Assembly (NCBI GenBank): GCA_029976805.1
Contig: JAPOLY010000001.1
Coordinates: 49,309 to 113,308 of the forward strand
Direction: 5' to 3'
From: a bacterium
Lineage (GTDB): Bacteria; Planctomycetota; UBA8108; UBA1146
DNA length: 64,000 bases
Both the position numbers and the translations under genes were made by a program. A model generated the notes under the pieces. That model did no database searches, was not told the DNA's origin, and saw nothing but the letters and a program-made list of their open reading frames with translations. Below are positions 29,167-39,166 of this stretch, piece after piece. Each line of letters begins with the position of its first letter. Positions within the stretch are counted from its first letter, which is position 1.

Positions 29167-30446
29167 CGGTCCTCTTCTCTGCCAGAGTCCACACTGGAGT
29201 CTGGGGCACTGGAGTTGATCACTCTTCCGTCGATCCAGCATGCCTGCACGGAACCCTGAAGAGCCGCCTCAAGGGGCACTTCAGGGGCGCCGCTGTGACT
29301 TGGAATGGAAACTGCGACCAGATCGGCAGGGTCTCCCGGTTGCAAACGACCACTTCCCAAGAGTGAGCTATGGCCGTTTCGGGCCAGCCAGGATCGGGGA
29401 TGAATGGTCACCATACGCCATAAGTCCACTGCGGGGATTTGTGGTGCCGCTTTTCGTGCGCTTCTCATCTCCTCCAGCATGGAGAGATGGCCCGCAGACA
29501 GGCGACCGTCAGTTCCGAGCAAAACCTCCACACCCATTCCGATGGCCGCCGGTGCGGGATGGGCAGGGCGACGGAAATAGTCGTGGGAGGATGGACACCA
29601 GACCAGTGCCAGATTGTTCGCCGCGATTTGCCGAAACTCATCTTCAGAGCAGTGATTACCGTGGATGATCAGTCCGGAAGAAGAGAGTGCGCCTTTGGCA
29701 TCGAGATCGCTGATCCAGCTGTTGCCCAGATTCCAATCAACGGGATCCGCGCCAAATCGATTGAGGAACTCTGCTCCAGGACCGGTTCCTTCCGTCAACA
29801 ATTCCTGTTCCCACTCTGCTTCTGCGACATGGGTCGCCCAGAGGAGTTTTTTGTCCTCGCAACATTTCATGAGCTCTGTCATCACGTGGGGGTGCACCGT
29901 GTAGGGTGAATGGGGGGAGAGTGCACGAAGTTCCCGGGAGGGATCAGAAGTTTCACCCACAAAATCGTCGATGATTTCCGCAGGGGGTTTGTCTGCAGGA
30001 AACTTTGCTTCCAGTGAAATCATTTCCCGAAAGAGAACCCTTTTGAGGTCGGAATCCTGAAGTGCTTCGCAGGAGTGCCCGCGGGGATCGATATCAAAGA
30101 CCGCAGTGGTACCGTTGCTCAGGGACTCTTCGATTCCGGTGACCGCTGCTTCGACCAAACCTTTATCACCGAGTTCCCTGCGCGCTTCGACGACCCCTTT
30201 CAGCCAATCTTCAAAACTGCCGGGAATCGTATCGGCATCCCGTTCCAGGCTCAGGTCGAGATGGACATGGGAGTTCACCATGCCGCTGCTCAGGATCACC
30301 GCTCCCAGATCGAGGTCGCTTTCTCCGGGAGGAAGGATCTCTGAAATGTTTCCATTCTCGATCACCAATCTTCCCGGAGAGGGATTCTCTTCACCGGTGA
30401 ACAGGTAATCAGCTGCGATTCGCATCGGTTCTGTGGCCCTCTTCAT
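29163..30446 (-). CDS. Metal-dependent amidohydrolase/deaminase, possibly aminodeoxyfutalosine deaminase (start uncertain)
   Basis: NSHVHLDLS, GTTAVFDI, SPHSPYTV, HVAE, HGN, CPSS, LGTD. Confidence 0.75.
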   Translation of the reverse strand: MKRATEPMRIAADYLFTGEENPSPGRLVIENGNISEILPPGESDLDLGAVILSSGMVNSHVHLDLSLERDADTIPGSFEDWLKGVVEARRELGDKGLVEAAVTGIEESLSNGTTAVFDIDPRGHSCEALQDSDLKRVLFREMISLEAKFPADKPPAEIIDDFVGETSDPSRELRALSPHSPYTVHPHVMTELMKCCEDKKLLWATHVAEAEWEQELLTEGTGPGAEFLNRFGADPVDWNLGNSWISDLDAKGALSSSGLIIHGNHCSEDEFRQIAANNLALVWCPSSHDYFRRPAHPAPAAIGMGVEVLLGTDGRLSAGHLSMLEEMRSARKAAPQIPAVDLWRMVTIHPRSWLARNGHSSLLGSGRLQPGDPADLVAVSIPSHSGAPEVPLEAALQGSVQACWIDGRVINSSAPDSSVDSGREEDR

Positions 30447-30579
30447 GAATCCAGAGTGGGAGTCTGCTACAATGTCATGCAATCCAGTCGTCAGAATCGA
30501 CTTCACGGGAGACTCCCGGACTGAACAATCGTTTTCAGTCTGGGGGATCAAAGTCGCCGCGACCAGCCTTCAGGAGTGT

Positions 30580-30972
30580 ATGTTGACAGATCAGTGCCGG
30601 ATTTCGACCGCAAAGGGTTTACGGAGTTCGTCTATCGAGTTCAGTGGACGCGGACCGGGGATCGGTTTGATTCTGGGGGTCTTGTTGATTCTCTGTGCCG
30701 GTTGTTCCGGTTCCTCCCCAACAAGGGGAGCAGAAAATCCGCGGGGATCCCTGATTCCGCTGCAGCCCCGAACCACCAAGGTCATGAGCCTCAGGGGAGA
30801 GACTCTGGAGGATGTTGCCCATCGTACCGGTTTTGAGATCTCGGTTCTGGAAGGGCTCAATCCTTCACTGGTTGATGTCAGGTTGTCCACGGGTGTTGAA
30901 ATACGCTGCCCTGTGGGCCAGCCTGGAATTCGCAGGGTCGAGCAACGGCCTTCGAAAGGGGCAAGAGATTGA
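30580..30972 (+). CDS. LysM-domain lipoprotein
   Basis: AGGAG RBS before ATG 30580; hydrophobic stretch followed by CAGC; GETLEDVAHRTG....LEGLNP.......G..I LysM pattern. Confidence 0.6.
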   Translation: MLTDQCRISTAKGLRSSSIEFSGRGPGIGLILGVLLILCAGCSGSSPTRGAENPRGSLIPLQPRTTKVMSLRGETLEDVAHRTGFEISVLEGLNPSLVDVRLSTGVEIRCPVGQPGIRRVEQRPSKGARD

Positions 30973-32162
30973 ATGAGGAAAGCGCGGCAAGAGCTTCGGG
31001 CAGGGTCAGGTCTGAAGAACTGGAAAAAAGCCTTCTTGCACCCTACGCCATGTTCAGCAGTGACAGCCGGGGGCGTCAGCATCCTGAGGAAGCAGACGAG
31101 TACCGGACGATTTATCAGCACGACAGGGATCGCGTCATTCACTGCACGGCTTTTCGTCGACTTGAATACAAGACTCAGGTCTTTGCCAATCACCAGGGGG
31201 ATCATTACCGAACCCGTCTGACCCATACCCTCGAGGTCGCCCAGGTTTCGAGAGCCGTCGCCCGTCGACTCGGCCTCAATGAAGATCTGGTTGAGACGAT
31301 TGCTCTCGTTCACGATGTCGGCCACCCGCCCTTTGGCCATGCAGGTGAACGCGAACTTGCCCAGTTGATGTCGAATCATGGGGGCTTCAATCACAATCGA
31401 CATGCCTTGAGGGTTGTCGATCTTCTCGAATCCAGATATCCCGCATTCCCGGGACTCAATCTCTCCTGGGAAGTGCGTGAATCCATCGTCAAGCACTACG
31501 GACGTTTTGATGAACCTGAGCTGGACCAATTCCTGCCCGGCAAGCCACCCACATTGGAAGCGCAGTTGGCGGATATCGGTGATTCCCTCGCTTACGACAG
31601 TCACGATCTGGATGATGGCCTGCGATCAGGAGTGCTGGATCTCAGGGAGTTGTCAGAGATCGATCTGTTTCGGCGGGCGATGGAGAGGGTCAATGCCCTT
31701 CACGGTTCCGGTATCTCGAGTCGTGCACTGATCGCCCGATGTGTCTCGGCGGTGATTTCCCAGCAAGTCAATGATCTGGTCCTGACCAGTCGTGAACGTC
31801 TGCAAAAGAATGCTGTCGGGGATGTTGAAGCGGTTCGCCAGCACGACGGGAACCTGATCGGTTTCTCCACGGCAATGTCTGCAGACAAGGCCCAACTTCA
31901 GGGATTTCTTCAGGAGAAACTCTATCGGGATCCGTTTTGCGTGCGCATGTCCCAGAAGGGTCGTCGAATGGTGGCGGCACTTTTTGAAGAGTTTGTGCAC
32001 GAACCGGCCCAATTGCCACCGGAGCATTTGGCCCGCTGTGCAGAGCTGGGTCGTGAACGTGCGGTCTGTGACTACATTGCCGGGATGACCGATCGTTATT
32101 GTGCGAAAGAGTATGAACGCCTGTTCCTTCCGAACAGCAGTGACCCCGGGAGAATGTCCTGA
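30969..32162 (+). CDS. dgt: dGTP triphosphohydrolase (HD family)
   Basis: DRDRVIHCTAFRRLEYKTQV, RTRLTHTLEV, HDVGHPPFGHAGE, HDLDDG, DYIAGMTD. Confidence 0.92.
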   Translation: MNEESAARASGRVRSEELEKSLLAPYAMFSSDSRGRQHPEEADEYRTIYQHDRDRVIHCTAFRRLEYKTQVFANHQGDHYRTRLTHTLEVAQVSRAVARRLGLNEDLVETIALVHDVGHPPFGHAGERELAQLMSNHGGFNHNRHALRVVDLLESRYPAFPGLNLSWEVRESIVKHYGRFDEPELDQFLPGKPPTLEAQLADIGDSLAYDSHDLDDGLRSGVLDLRELSEIDLFRRAMERVNALHGSGISSRALIARCVSAVISQQVNDLVLTSRERLQKNAVGDVEAVRQHDGNLIGFSTAMSADKAQLQGFLQEKLYRDPFCVRMSQKGRRMVAALFEEFVHEPAQLPPEHLARCAELGRERAVCDYIAGMTDRYCAKEYERLFLPNSSDPGRMS

Positions 32163-32854
32163 TGAAATATTGGGCGGTAGTGGTTGCGGCGGGGGATGGA
32201 ACGCGTCTGGGCAGAAAGCTGAGAAAGGCGGCTGTCGAACTCAGCGGCAAGTCGCTGGTTTCCCATTCCGTCTCAGCAGTGTGTCAGCATCCCGACTGTT
32301 TGGGCGGCGTATTGGTGGTGCACCCTGAAGATCAGCAGGTTGCCGGGGAGTGGTTGAGAAATGGCCTCGACAGGGAACTCCCCTTTCAGGTTGTCGCTGG
32401 AGGAGCCACCAGGCGGGAGAGTGTCCAGAACGGTGTGGCCACTTTGACAGACAAGGCTCGGCCGGATGATCTGGTGGCGATTCATGACGGAGCCCGTCCA
32501 CTCCTGCATCCACAGGATCTCCAGCGTGTCTTGGAAATGGCTCACGAGAATGGAGCGGCTCTCCTCGCGGAAGCGGTCACGGACACCCTTCACCGGGGAG
32601 ATGACCAGGCTTCCTGGGACGGCTTCGTCGACAGGGATCACCTGTGGCGCGCGCAGACTCCGCAGATCTTTCGATATTCGGGGTTGTCGGAGGCGCTCCG
32701 GAATAACGCAGGGGGCAAGACGGACGAGGTTGAGTGCGTGGTCGCTGCCGGGCAATCGGTCCAGTTTGTTCAGGCGGGGCACCTGAATCTCAAAATTACG
32801 ACCCCGGCTGATCTTCATCTGGCCCAATTACTTCTGGATTCCCGTCCCTCCTGA
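32162..32854 (+). CDS. ispD: 2-C-methyl-D-erythritol 4-phosphate cytidylyltransferase
   Basis: AAGDGTRLG, GGATRRESV, IHDGARP, AQTPQ, NLKITTPADL. Confidence 0.92.
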   Translation: MKYWAVVVAAGDGTRLGRKLRKAAVELSGKSLVSHSVSAVCQHPDCLGGVLVVHPEDQQVAGEWLRNGLDRELPFQVVAGGATRRESVQNGVATLTDKARPDDLVAIHDGARPLLHPQDLQRVLEMAHENGAALLAEAVTDTLHRGDDQASWDGFVDRDHLWRAQTPQIFRYSGLSEALRNNAGGKTDEVECVVAAGQSVQFVQAGHLNLKITTPADLHLAQLLLDSRPS

Positions 32855-33098
32855 GGACTGACTTGAGGCATTTGGGGGTCCTGAAGGCGGTATGAATCAT
32901 TTCCGGTCTTCTCTTCTCCTTGACGTCGGGGCCCATTTTGCTCAGACTCCTCATTGTTGCGATTGCGCAGCCTGAGATTTTCGAGTTTCGAAACATCCTG
33001 TTCCGATGCGGGTGGCTGCGTTTTCATCCAAGTCGTTCAAAAACAGCGGGGGGCTCCCGAGGGATCTCCCGGCATTTGCGGGGAAGGGGAATGACCCC

Positions 33099-34511
33099 AT
33101 GTTGAATCTTCTCAAAAGGACTCCTGCCATTCTTGGAGTTCTGATTGCTTCTGCTTGTGGAGTACTGGTCTCTTCCACTCCCGTGGATGCGCAGACTTCC
33201 ATCGGCGGAGACGTCAAGCCCAAGCGTGCCCTGCGCCTGACCATCAGCGGAGACCTCTCCCTGAGTTTCGTCGATCGCAGTTCCAGCTTTGCGGATGCGG
33301 CTCTCGGTGACGGTGCCGGCGGTGCTGCTGCTCCTCTTGCCAGTTCGTGGGACCCTGCAGTCCGCGATGGGTTCTTCTTCGATCCGATCTTCCACCTCGA
33401 CCTTGAGGCTGAAGTCTCGGAAGGCGTCGATGCGAGCATTCGTATGGGAACTCCCTTCGATGCCCAGGAAAATCTTCGCAATGGTCGTCCTCCGCTGGGA
33501 ATCCAGGAAGCCAAGATCAGTTGGGAAGGGGCGATGTACCCTGACCTTGACCTCGATCTGGGTGTCGTTCGCTACACTTTGGACCTCGCTGGTAACGGAA
33601 ATCCGATGTTCCTCAGTCTCGGAAACTCCGAGAGTGCATTCGACAATCCCGGTGCAGGAGTTCTCGACTCCGGCATGCCCCAGTCCAGTTCTGCGGGTCG
33701 GGTCGATGCCCTGAATCCAGCTGGTGCAGTGGGTTACTACGATCTGGGAGAGAACTCCATCGACATTCTCATGTTCGATCTCTCTTCCCTGAACGACGAG
33801 TCCCTGTTTGGCTTCGTCTACAACATGCCGCTGAATACCGGTGACTACGAAGGCAGCATGTCCTTCACTTGGATCAATGCCAAGAATGACGGTGGATCCG
33901 ATCTTTTCACCCTGGGTGGTGGTGCCCATGTTTCGGGTGCAGACGGCCTCAAGTTCTACGGTGAGATGTACATCCAGAATGGTGATTACGGATCCGGAAC
34001 CGGATCGGGAACCATCGATCAGGACGCCCATGCTTTCCTTGCCGGGGTTCGCTACGATCTTCCGGATATGGATGAAGAAGCTGCTCCGTGGATCGACGTC
34101 TCCTTCTGGGACTACTCCGGTGACAGTGATTCCACCGACAACTCCAATGGCAACTTCGTTTCCTACGAGTTCAACAACGATACGATCGTTCTTGAAGACT
34201 CTTACTACGGTCTCGACGTGGACACCAACTATCGCGCGATCAAGATCAAGGGTGGCATGAACCTTTCTCCCGAGTGGTCGATCCAGGGCACCTTTGCTTA
34301 CGCAACCCTGAACTCAAATGCCGGTGGAAATGCCTCGAACCCCTCCAACAACAGCAAAAAGCTGGGTGACGAGTTCGACGTCCGTGCGACTTACCGTGCA
34401 ACCGACTTCCTGACCTTCCACCTCAACGCCGGAACCTTGCAGAATGCCAAGGCTCTCGGTGTCGGTTCCGGAATTGAAGTCTTCTCGATGACTTCGGAAG
34501 TCCGCTTCTAG
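33099..34511 (+). CDS. Outer-membrane beta-barrel (porin-like) protein
   Basis: Signal peptide ending VDA-Q; amphipathic beta-strand pattern; C-terminal ..TSEVRF; followed by a terminator. Confidence 0.75.
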   Translation: MLNLLKRTPAILGVLIASACGVLVSSTPVDAQTSIGGDVKPKRALRLTISGDLSLSFVDRSSSFADAALGDGAGGAAAPLASSWDPAVRDGFFFDPIFHLDLEAEVSEGVDASIRMGTPFDAQENLRNGRPPLGIQEAKISWEGAMYPDLDLDLGVVRYTLDLAGNGNPMFLSLGNSESAFDNPGAGVLDSGMPQSSSAGRVDALNPAGAVGYYDLGENSIDILMFDLSSLNDESLFGFVYNMPLNTGDYEGSMSFTWINAKNDGGSDLFTLGGGAHVSGADGLKFYGEMYIQNGDYGSGTGSGTIDQDAHAFLAGVRYDLPDMDEEAAPWIDVSFWDYSGDSDSTDNSNGNFVSYEFNNDTIVLEDSYYGLDVDTNYRAIKIKGGMNLSPEWSIQGTFAYATLNSNAGGNASNPSNNSKKLGDEFDVRATYRATDFLTFHLNAGTLQNAKALGVGSGIEVFSMTSEVRF

Positions 34512-34554
34512 ACGATTTCGTCAGTGATTTAACCGACGACGTCAGTGAAACGAC

Positions 34555-34596
34555 AAGTCAGCCCCCCGGGGATTTCCCCGGGGGGCTGACTTTTTT
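34555..34596 (+). terminator. Intrinsic terminator after the OMP gene
   Basis: AAGTCAGCCCCCCGGGG-ATTT-CCCCGGGGGGCTGACTT followed by TTTT. Confidence 0.9.
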
Positions 34597-34730
34597 GTGC
34601 GAACGGTGCTCGTTCGAATCGCCCCACCTCTCTCGGGAGCCATGTTGGACAACTCGCACGCCGATGATTCAGGGTCTACAATCTGCTTCAACGAAGCGGA
34701 GTTCATCCAAAGATCTTCAAATGGAGAATC

Positions 34731-35261
34731 ATGACAGAGATCGATCCATCCTCGTCCGCACAACCTGCAGGCTTGAGCCAACGATACGGAATCGGGACCG
34801 ATAGACATCGATTGGAACCCGGAGAGGGTCTCATCCTTGCGGGGGTTCAGATCCCCTGCGAGTTGCAGGCTGTCGCACACTCGGATGGGGATGCCGTCCT
34901 TCATGCGGTGGCAGATGCCATCCTCGGGGCGGCCGGTGGTACTGATATCGGCGATCTGTTTGCAGACGACGATCCTCAGTGGAAGGGTCTCGATTCGTCC
35001 ATCATCGTGGAGCGGGCATGCCAATGGTCTGCTGCACAGGGTTGGAAACCGGTTCAGGTGGATGTCGTCATTCATCTTGAGCGCCCCAAACTGGCGGATC
35101 ATCGGGATGCGATGAAAGCATCCCTGGCTCGACAGCTTTCGATCCCGGTGGATTGTGTTGGGCTCAAGGCGAAGACCGGTGAAAGTCTGGGGCCGGTCGG
35201 AGAAGGCCGGGCCATCGACACGATGGCCGTTGTTCAGTTGCATAGAGCGGGAGAAAAATGA
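34731..35261 (+). CDS. ispF: 2-C-methyl-D-erythritol 2,4-cyclodiphosphate synthase
   Basis: GIGTDRH, HSDGDAVLHA..DAILGA, DIGDLF, KAKTGE. Confidence 0.92.
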   Translation: MTEIDPSSSAQPAGLSQRYGIGTDRHRLEPGEGLILAGVQIPCELQAVAHSDGDAVLHAVADAILGAAGGTDIGDLFADDDPQWKGLDSSIIVERACQWSAAQGWKPVQVDVVIHLERPKLADHRDAMKASLARQLSIPVDCVGLKAKTGESLGPVGEGRAIDTMAVVQLHRAGEK

Positions 35262-36694
35262 CCCTCAAATTGTGGAACACCATGGCGAACGCATTGGAAG
35301 AGTTTCAGCCGATTCAGGCGGGTGAGGCTCGCATGTACAACTGCGGGCCAACGGTTTACAGCGATCCGCATATCGGCAACTTTCGTTCTTTCCTGATGGC
35401 TGACCTTCTGCGGCGGGCACTCGATCAGCGCGGATTCAAAACGGTCCAGATCATGAATATCACCGACGTGGGGCACCTGACCACCGACGATGTGGCGGAC
35501 GCTTCCGGTGAGGACAAGCTCGAAAAGAAGGCCCGGGAAGAAGGGCTCGATCCCTTCGAGATCGCCCGCACCTATGAAGACGTCTTCCACGAAAATGCGG
35601 AGCAGTTGCACCTGCGCAAGGCACATGAGTATCCGCGTGCGACCGATCACATTCCCGAGATGATCGAAATGATCGGACAGCTGATCGAAAGAGGGCATGC
35701 CTACGAAGTGGAGGGGGTCGGAGTTTATTTCCGTGTGCACTCCTTTGACCAATACGGCTGCCTCTCAGGAAATACTTTGGATAATCTCGATTCCGGTTCA
35801 CGAATTGCTGTCGATGAAAGAAAGGAATCTCCCCATGATTTCGCTCTTTGGAAAATCGACGAAAAACACCTGATGCAGTGGGACAGTCCCTGGGGCAGGG
35901 GGTTTCCCGGCTGGCACATTGAATGCTCTGCGATGAGCCACAAATACCTGGGTGGAACCTTTGATCTTCACACCGGTGGTGAAGACAACATTTTTCCGCA
36001 CCATGAATGCGAGATCGCCCAGTCTGTGGGATCAGGAGTGGGGGAGTTCGCAAAGGTTTGGGTCCATGCCCGACACCTGCTCGTCGATGGTGAAAAGATG
36101 TCGAAGAGCAAAGGCAACTTTTTCACCATCAATGACCTCTTTGAGAAGGGGTATCAGGGATTTGAAATTCGCTACAGCCTGATCAACAGCCATTACCGTC
36201 AACCGATGAACTTTACCTTGCAGGGACTCGAAGGAGATTCGAAGGCGATTCAGCGCATTCGGACTCTCAGGGAGAGACTGGAGGAGAGGGCGACCGATTC
36301 CGGCGACGTTTCTGAAAGCCTGCAGCAAAAGTTGACGTCAGCGCAGGGTTCATTTGATGCCAGTATCGATGACGATCTCAATGTTTCCGGTGCCCTCGGA
36401 GTTCTTCATGAAACCGTGAGAGCTTTGGGTCGGGAAGAACCGGTGGGGGCGGATGCGGCCTCCGCTCTCGACTTTTTGCGTCACTGCGACGAGATCCTGG
36501 GGGTCATCTTTGTCGGTGAATCTTCCGGGGGAGATGAGTTATCGGAAGAACAGCAGGGTTGGATCGATAAACGGGAGCAGGCTCGCAAAGACAAGGATTG
36601 GGCTCTGGCCGATCAATTACGCGACCAATTGCTGGAGTCGGGTATCCAGATTGAGGATGGAGCCGGCGGAACCACCTGGTCGAGGGTCCGCTGA
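35258..36694 (+). CDS. cysS: Cysteine--tRNA ligase
   Basis: CGPTVY, HIGN, PGWHIECSAM, FPHHECE, KMSKSKGN. Confidence 0.96.
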   Translation: MTLKLWNTMANALEEFQPIQAGEARMYNCGPTVYSDPHIGNFRSFLMADLLRRALDQRGFKTVQIMNITDVGHLTTDDVADASGEDKLEKKAREEGLDPFEIARTYEDVFHENAEQLHLRKAHEYPRATDHIPEMIEMIGQLIERGHAYEVEGVGVYFRVHSFDQYGCLSGNTLDNLDSGSRIAVDERKESPHDFALWKIDEKHLMQWDSPWGRGFPGWHIECSAMSHKYLGGTFDLHTGGEDNIFPHHECEIAQSVGSGVGEFAKVWVHARHLLVDGEKMSKSKGNFFTINDLFEKGYQGFEIRYSLINSHYRQPMNFTLQGLEGDSKAIQRIRTLRERLEERATDSGDVSESLQQKLTSAQGSFDASIDDDLNVSGALGVLHETVRALGREEPVGADAASALDFLRHCDEILGVIFVGESSGGDELSEEQQGWIDKREQARKDKDWALADQLRDQLLESGIQIEDGAGGTTWSRVR

Positions 36695-36729
36695 AAACAG
36701 CGGAATTGGAAACGATCTTGTGGAGAGAC

Positions 36730-36758
36730 TTGCAGGAAGCGTGACAGATCGATATCGT
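36730..36758 (+). promoter_or_regulatory. Probable promoter of the tRNA-tuf cluster
   Basis: TTGCAG-17 nt-TATCGT, 20 nt before tRNA-Thr. Confidence 0.5.
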
Positions 36759-36778
36759 TCCCGTCGCGTGACTTTTGG

Positions 36779-36850
36779 GCTAGCGTAGCTCAGCGGTAGA
36801 GCTCCCGCCTTGTAAGCGGGTGGTCGTGGGTTCGACTCCCACCGCTAGCT
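36779..36850 (+). tRNA. tRNA-Thr(UGU), CCA not encoded
   Basis: Cloverleaf with GCTAGCG/CGCTAGC acceptor, CTTGTAA anticodon loop and GTTCGAC T-loop. Confidence 0.96.
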
Positions 36851-37095
36851 TTCATAAACTACCCCTCTTGAAGGGGTTAGGGCCTTGGTGCCCGCTGTTT
36901 GCGATTTTCCGGCGGAAAATCGCCCTGAAGCGTGACCGGAAGGTCGCTGCGCAGGTGGCTGTACTTGGGTGGCTGTACCCTGATGGCAGTTTTGCAGTGG
37001 CGACGGCCCTGGCGCAAGTGTCCTGAAATGGACCTGAAGCCCGGTTTTGAGCAAGTTTGAGTGATTTTGACAGGAACAGGAAAACAGAGAGTTTG

Positions 37096-37176
37096 GGGGG
37101 TGTGCCCGAGTGGTTAAAGGGGCTTGGCTGTAACCCAAGTGCGTAAGCTACGTTGGTTCGAATCCAACCGCCCCCA
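37096..37176 (+). tRNA. tRNA-Tyr(GUA), CCA not encoded
   Basis: CCCGAGTGGTTAAAGGGG D-arm, CTGTAAC loop, variable arm, GTTCGAATC. Confidence 0.95.
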
Positions 37177-37516
37177 CTCTCTCTGTTCTCTTTTCCTCCA
37201 AAAACCCGGATTTGCTTGAAAGAACCGCCTGAAAGTCGTCTCATTGCAAACTTCGCTTCGCAGCGAATCTCCGCTGATTCGTCTTCGGGGATCGTGTCGG
37301 CAGTCGACAACTGCTTGCACGATGCGTGTTTGTGAAGTGTGAATCGTTTGACGCGGTGTGGATGAAGCACGGTGTTGAGCGATGTTGACGAGTGATGTTG
37401 CATTGCCGATTTGCTGGCGTGCCGCGTCTCGATCTCTGTTCATGATCATGGATCTTGATGGAGGTCGTCGGCGTTTGCATGAGGGTTGGCGAAGCCGTTG
37501 AAGTGTGAAATTCAGT

Positions 37517-37590
37517 GCGGGTGTAGCTTAGTGGTAAAGCCCCAGCCTTCCAAGCTGGTCATGTGGGTTCGATTCCCATCACCCGCTCCA
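37517..37590 (+). tRNA. tRNA-Gly(UCC)
   Basis: GCGGGTG acceptor, CTTCCAA loop, ends TCCA. Confidence 0.96.
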
Positions 37591-37643
37591 AGTAATCAGG
37601 CGGGAGCGACCACAGGTTGCGACTGCGACGAGAAGAAATCAGG

Positions 37644-37719
37644 GCTGCTGTAGCTCAGCTGGTAGAGCACGTCCTTGGTAAGGACGAGGTCACGGGTTCA
37701 AGTCCCGTCAGCAGCTCCA
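37644..37719 (+). tRNA. tRNA-Thr(GGU)
   Basis: GCTGCTG acceptor, TTGGTAA loop, ends TCCA. Confidence 0.96.
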
Positions 37720-37858
37720 GACAATCGAGCCCGCACATGGGTGCGGGGGTGAACTTAAAAGGAATACGCCGTAGCCGGGTCACGAGTGTGGCTGGGTGGG
37801 GCGGGTAAAGAGACCCTGGTGACCGTATCGCGGTCTGATAGGGCGAGGAGATTGGATC

Positions 37859-39043
37859 ATGGCGAAGGAAGTCTTCGTACGCGACAAGCCTCACTGCAAC
37901 ATTGGAACAATTGGTCACGTCGACCACGGAAAAACGACTTTGACTGCCGCGATCACGAACGTGCTCGCCGAGGCTGGCATGTCCGAGAAGAAGGCGTTCG
38001 ACCAGATCGACAATGCCCCCGAGGAGAGGGAGCGTGGTATTACCATCGCGACCGCTCACGTGGAGTACCAGACCGAAGGTCGTCACTACGCTCACGTGGA
38101 CTGTCCGGGCCACGCGGACTACGTCAAGAACATGATCACCGGTGCCGCCCAGATGGACGGCGCAATCCTGGTGGTTTCTGCTGCTGACGGTCCGATGCCC
38201 CAGACCCGCGAGCACATTCTTCTGGCTCGCCAGGTCGGCGTCCCGAAGATCGTGGTCTTCATGAACAAGGCCGACATGGTCGATGACGAAGAGCTTCTCG
38301 AGCTCGTCGAGATGGAGATCCGCGAGTTGCTGAGCAGCTACGAGTTCCCCGGTGATGACATTCCGATCATCAAGGGTTCCGCACTCAAGGCTCTCGAAGC
38401 ACCGGGCAGCGATGCTGCAGCTCCGATTCTTGAGCTGATGAAGAACGTCGACGAGTACATCGACATTCCGGAGCGTGACTCCGAGAAGGATTTCCTCATG
38501 CCCGTGGAGGACGTGTTCTCCATCGAGGGACGTGGAACCGTGGTGACCGGCCGTATCGAGCAGGGCATCGTCAAGACCGGCGACGAGATCGAAATCGTCG
38601 GAATCAAAGAGACCCAGACCACCACTTGCACCGGAGTTGAGATGTTCCAGAAGACTCTCGACGAGGGTCAGGCCGGTGACAACGTCGGCGCTCTTCTTCG
38701 TGGAACCAAGAAGGACGAAGTGACCCGTGGTCAGGTGCTGGCCAAGCCCGGCAGCATCACTCCGCACACCAAGTTCGAGGCAGAGGTCTACATCCTCTCC
38801 AAGGACGAGGGTGGACGTCACTCTCCCTTCTTCAACGGTTACCGTCCCCAGTTCTACTTCCGGACCACTGACGTGACCGGAAACACTGAGGTGGTGGGCG
38901 CAGACATGTGCATGCCTGGTGACAATGCCAAGATCAACGTGACCTTGATTCAGCCCATCGCCATGGACGAGGGTCTCCGCTTCGCAATCCGCGAGGGCGG
39001 CAAGACCGTCGGTGCAGGCGTGGTGAGTAAAGTCATCGAGTAA
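37859..39043 (+). CDS. tuf: Elongation factor Tu
   Basis: [33 protein letters not shown]. Confidence 0.99.
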   Translation: MAKEVFVRDKPHCNIGTIGHVDHGKTTLTAAITNVLAEAGMSEKKAFDQIDNAPEERERGITIATAHVEYQTEGRHYAHVDCPGHADYVKNMITGAAQMDGAILVVSAADGPMPQTREHILLARQVGVPKIVVFMNKADMVDDEELLELVEMEIRELLSSYEFPGDDIPIIKGSALKALEAPGSDAAAPILELMKNVDEYIDIPERDSEKDFLMPVEDVFSIEGRGTVVTGRIEQGIVKTGDEIEIVGIKETQTTTCTGVEMFQKTLDEGQAGDNVGALLRGTKKDEVTRGQVLAKPGSITPHTKFEAEVYILSKDEGGRHSPFFNGYRPQFYFRTTDVTGNTEVVGADMCMPGDNAKINVTLIQPIAMDEGLRFAIREGGKTVGAGVVSKVIE

Positions 39044-39166
39044 GTCCGGCTTTGCCGGTGAGTTTGACCGGGAACGCCGTGGTGCCTTTTGGGTACCGCG
39101 GCGTTCCTGCTCCCCAAGTCGCTCCAGCCGGAGTGAATCGGGAGCGAAGCGGATCTGCACGACAAG

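Noticed and set aside
28369-32162. tatD + amidohydrolase + dGTPase as an anti-phage nucleotide-depletion island
   Set aside because: Housekeeping-type sequences in a core-gene context (dgt coupled to ispD), with no mobility or defence neighbours
39071-39108. Long hairpin after tuf as an intrinsic terminator
   Set aside because: No U-tract; more likely a processing or stability stem before tRNA-Trp
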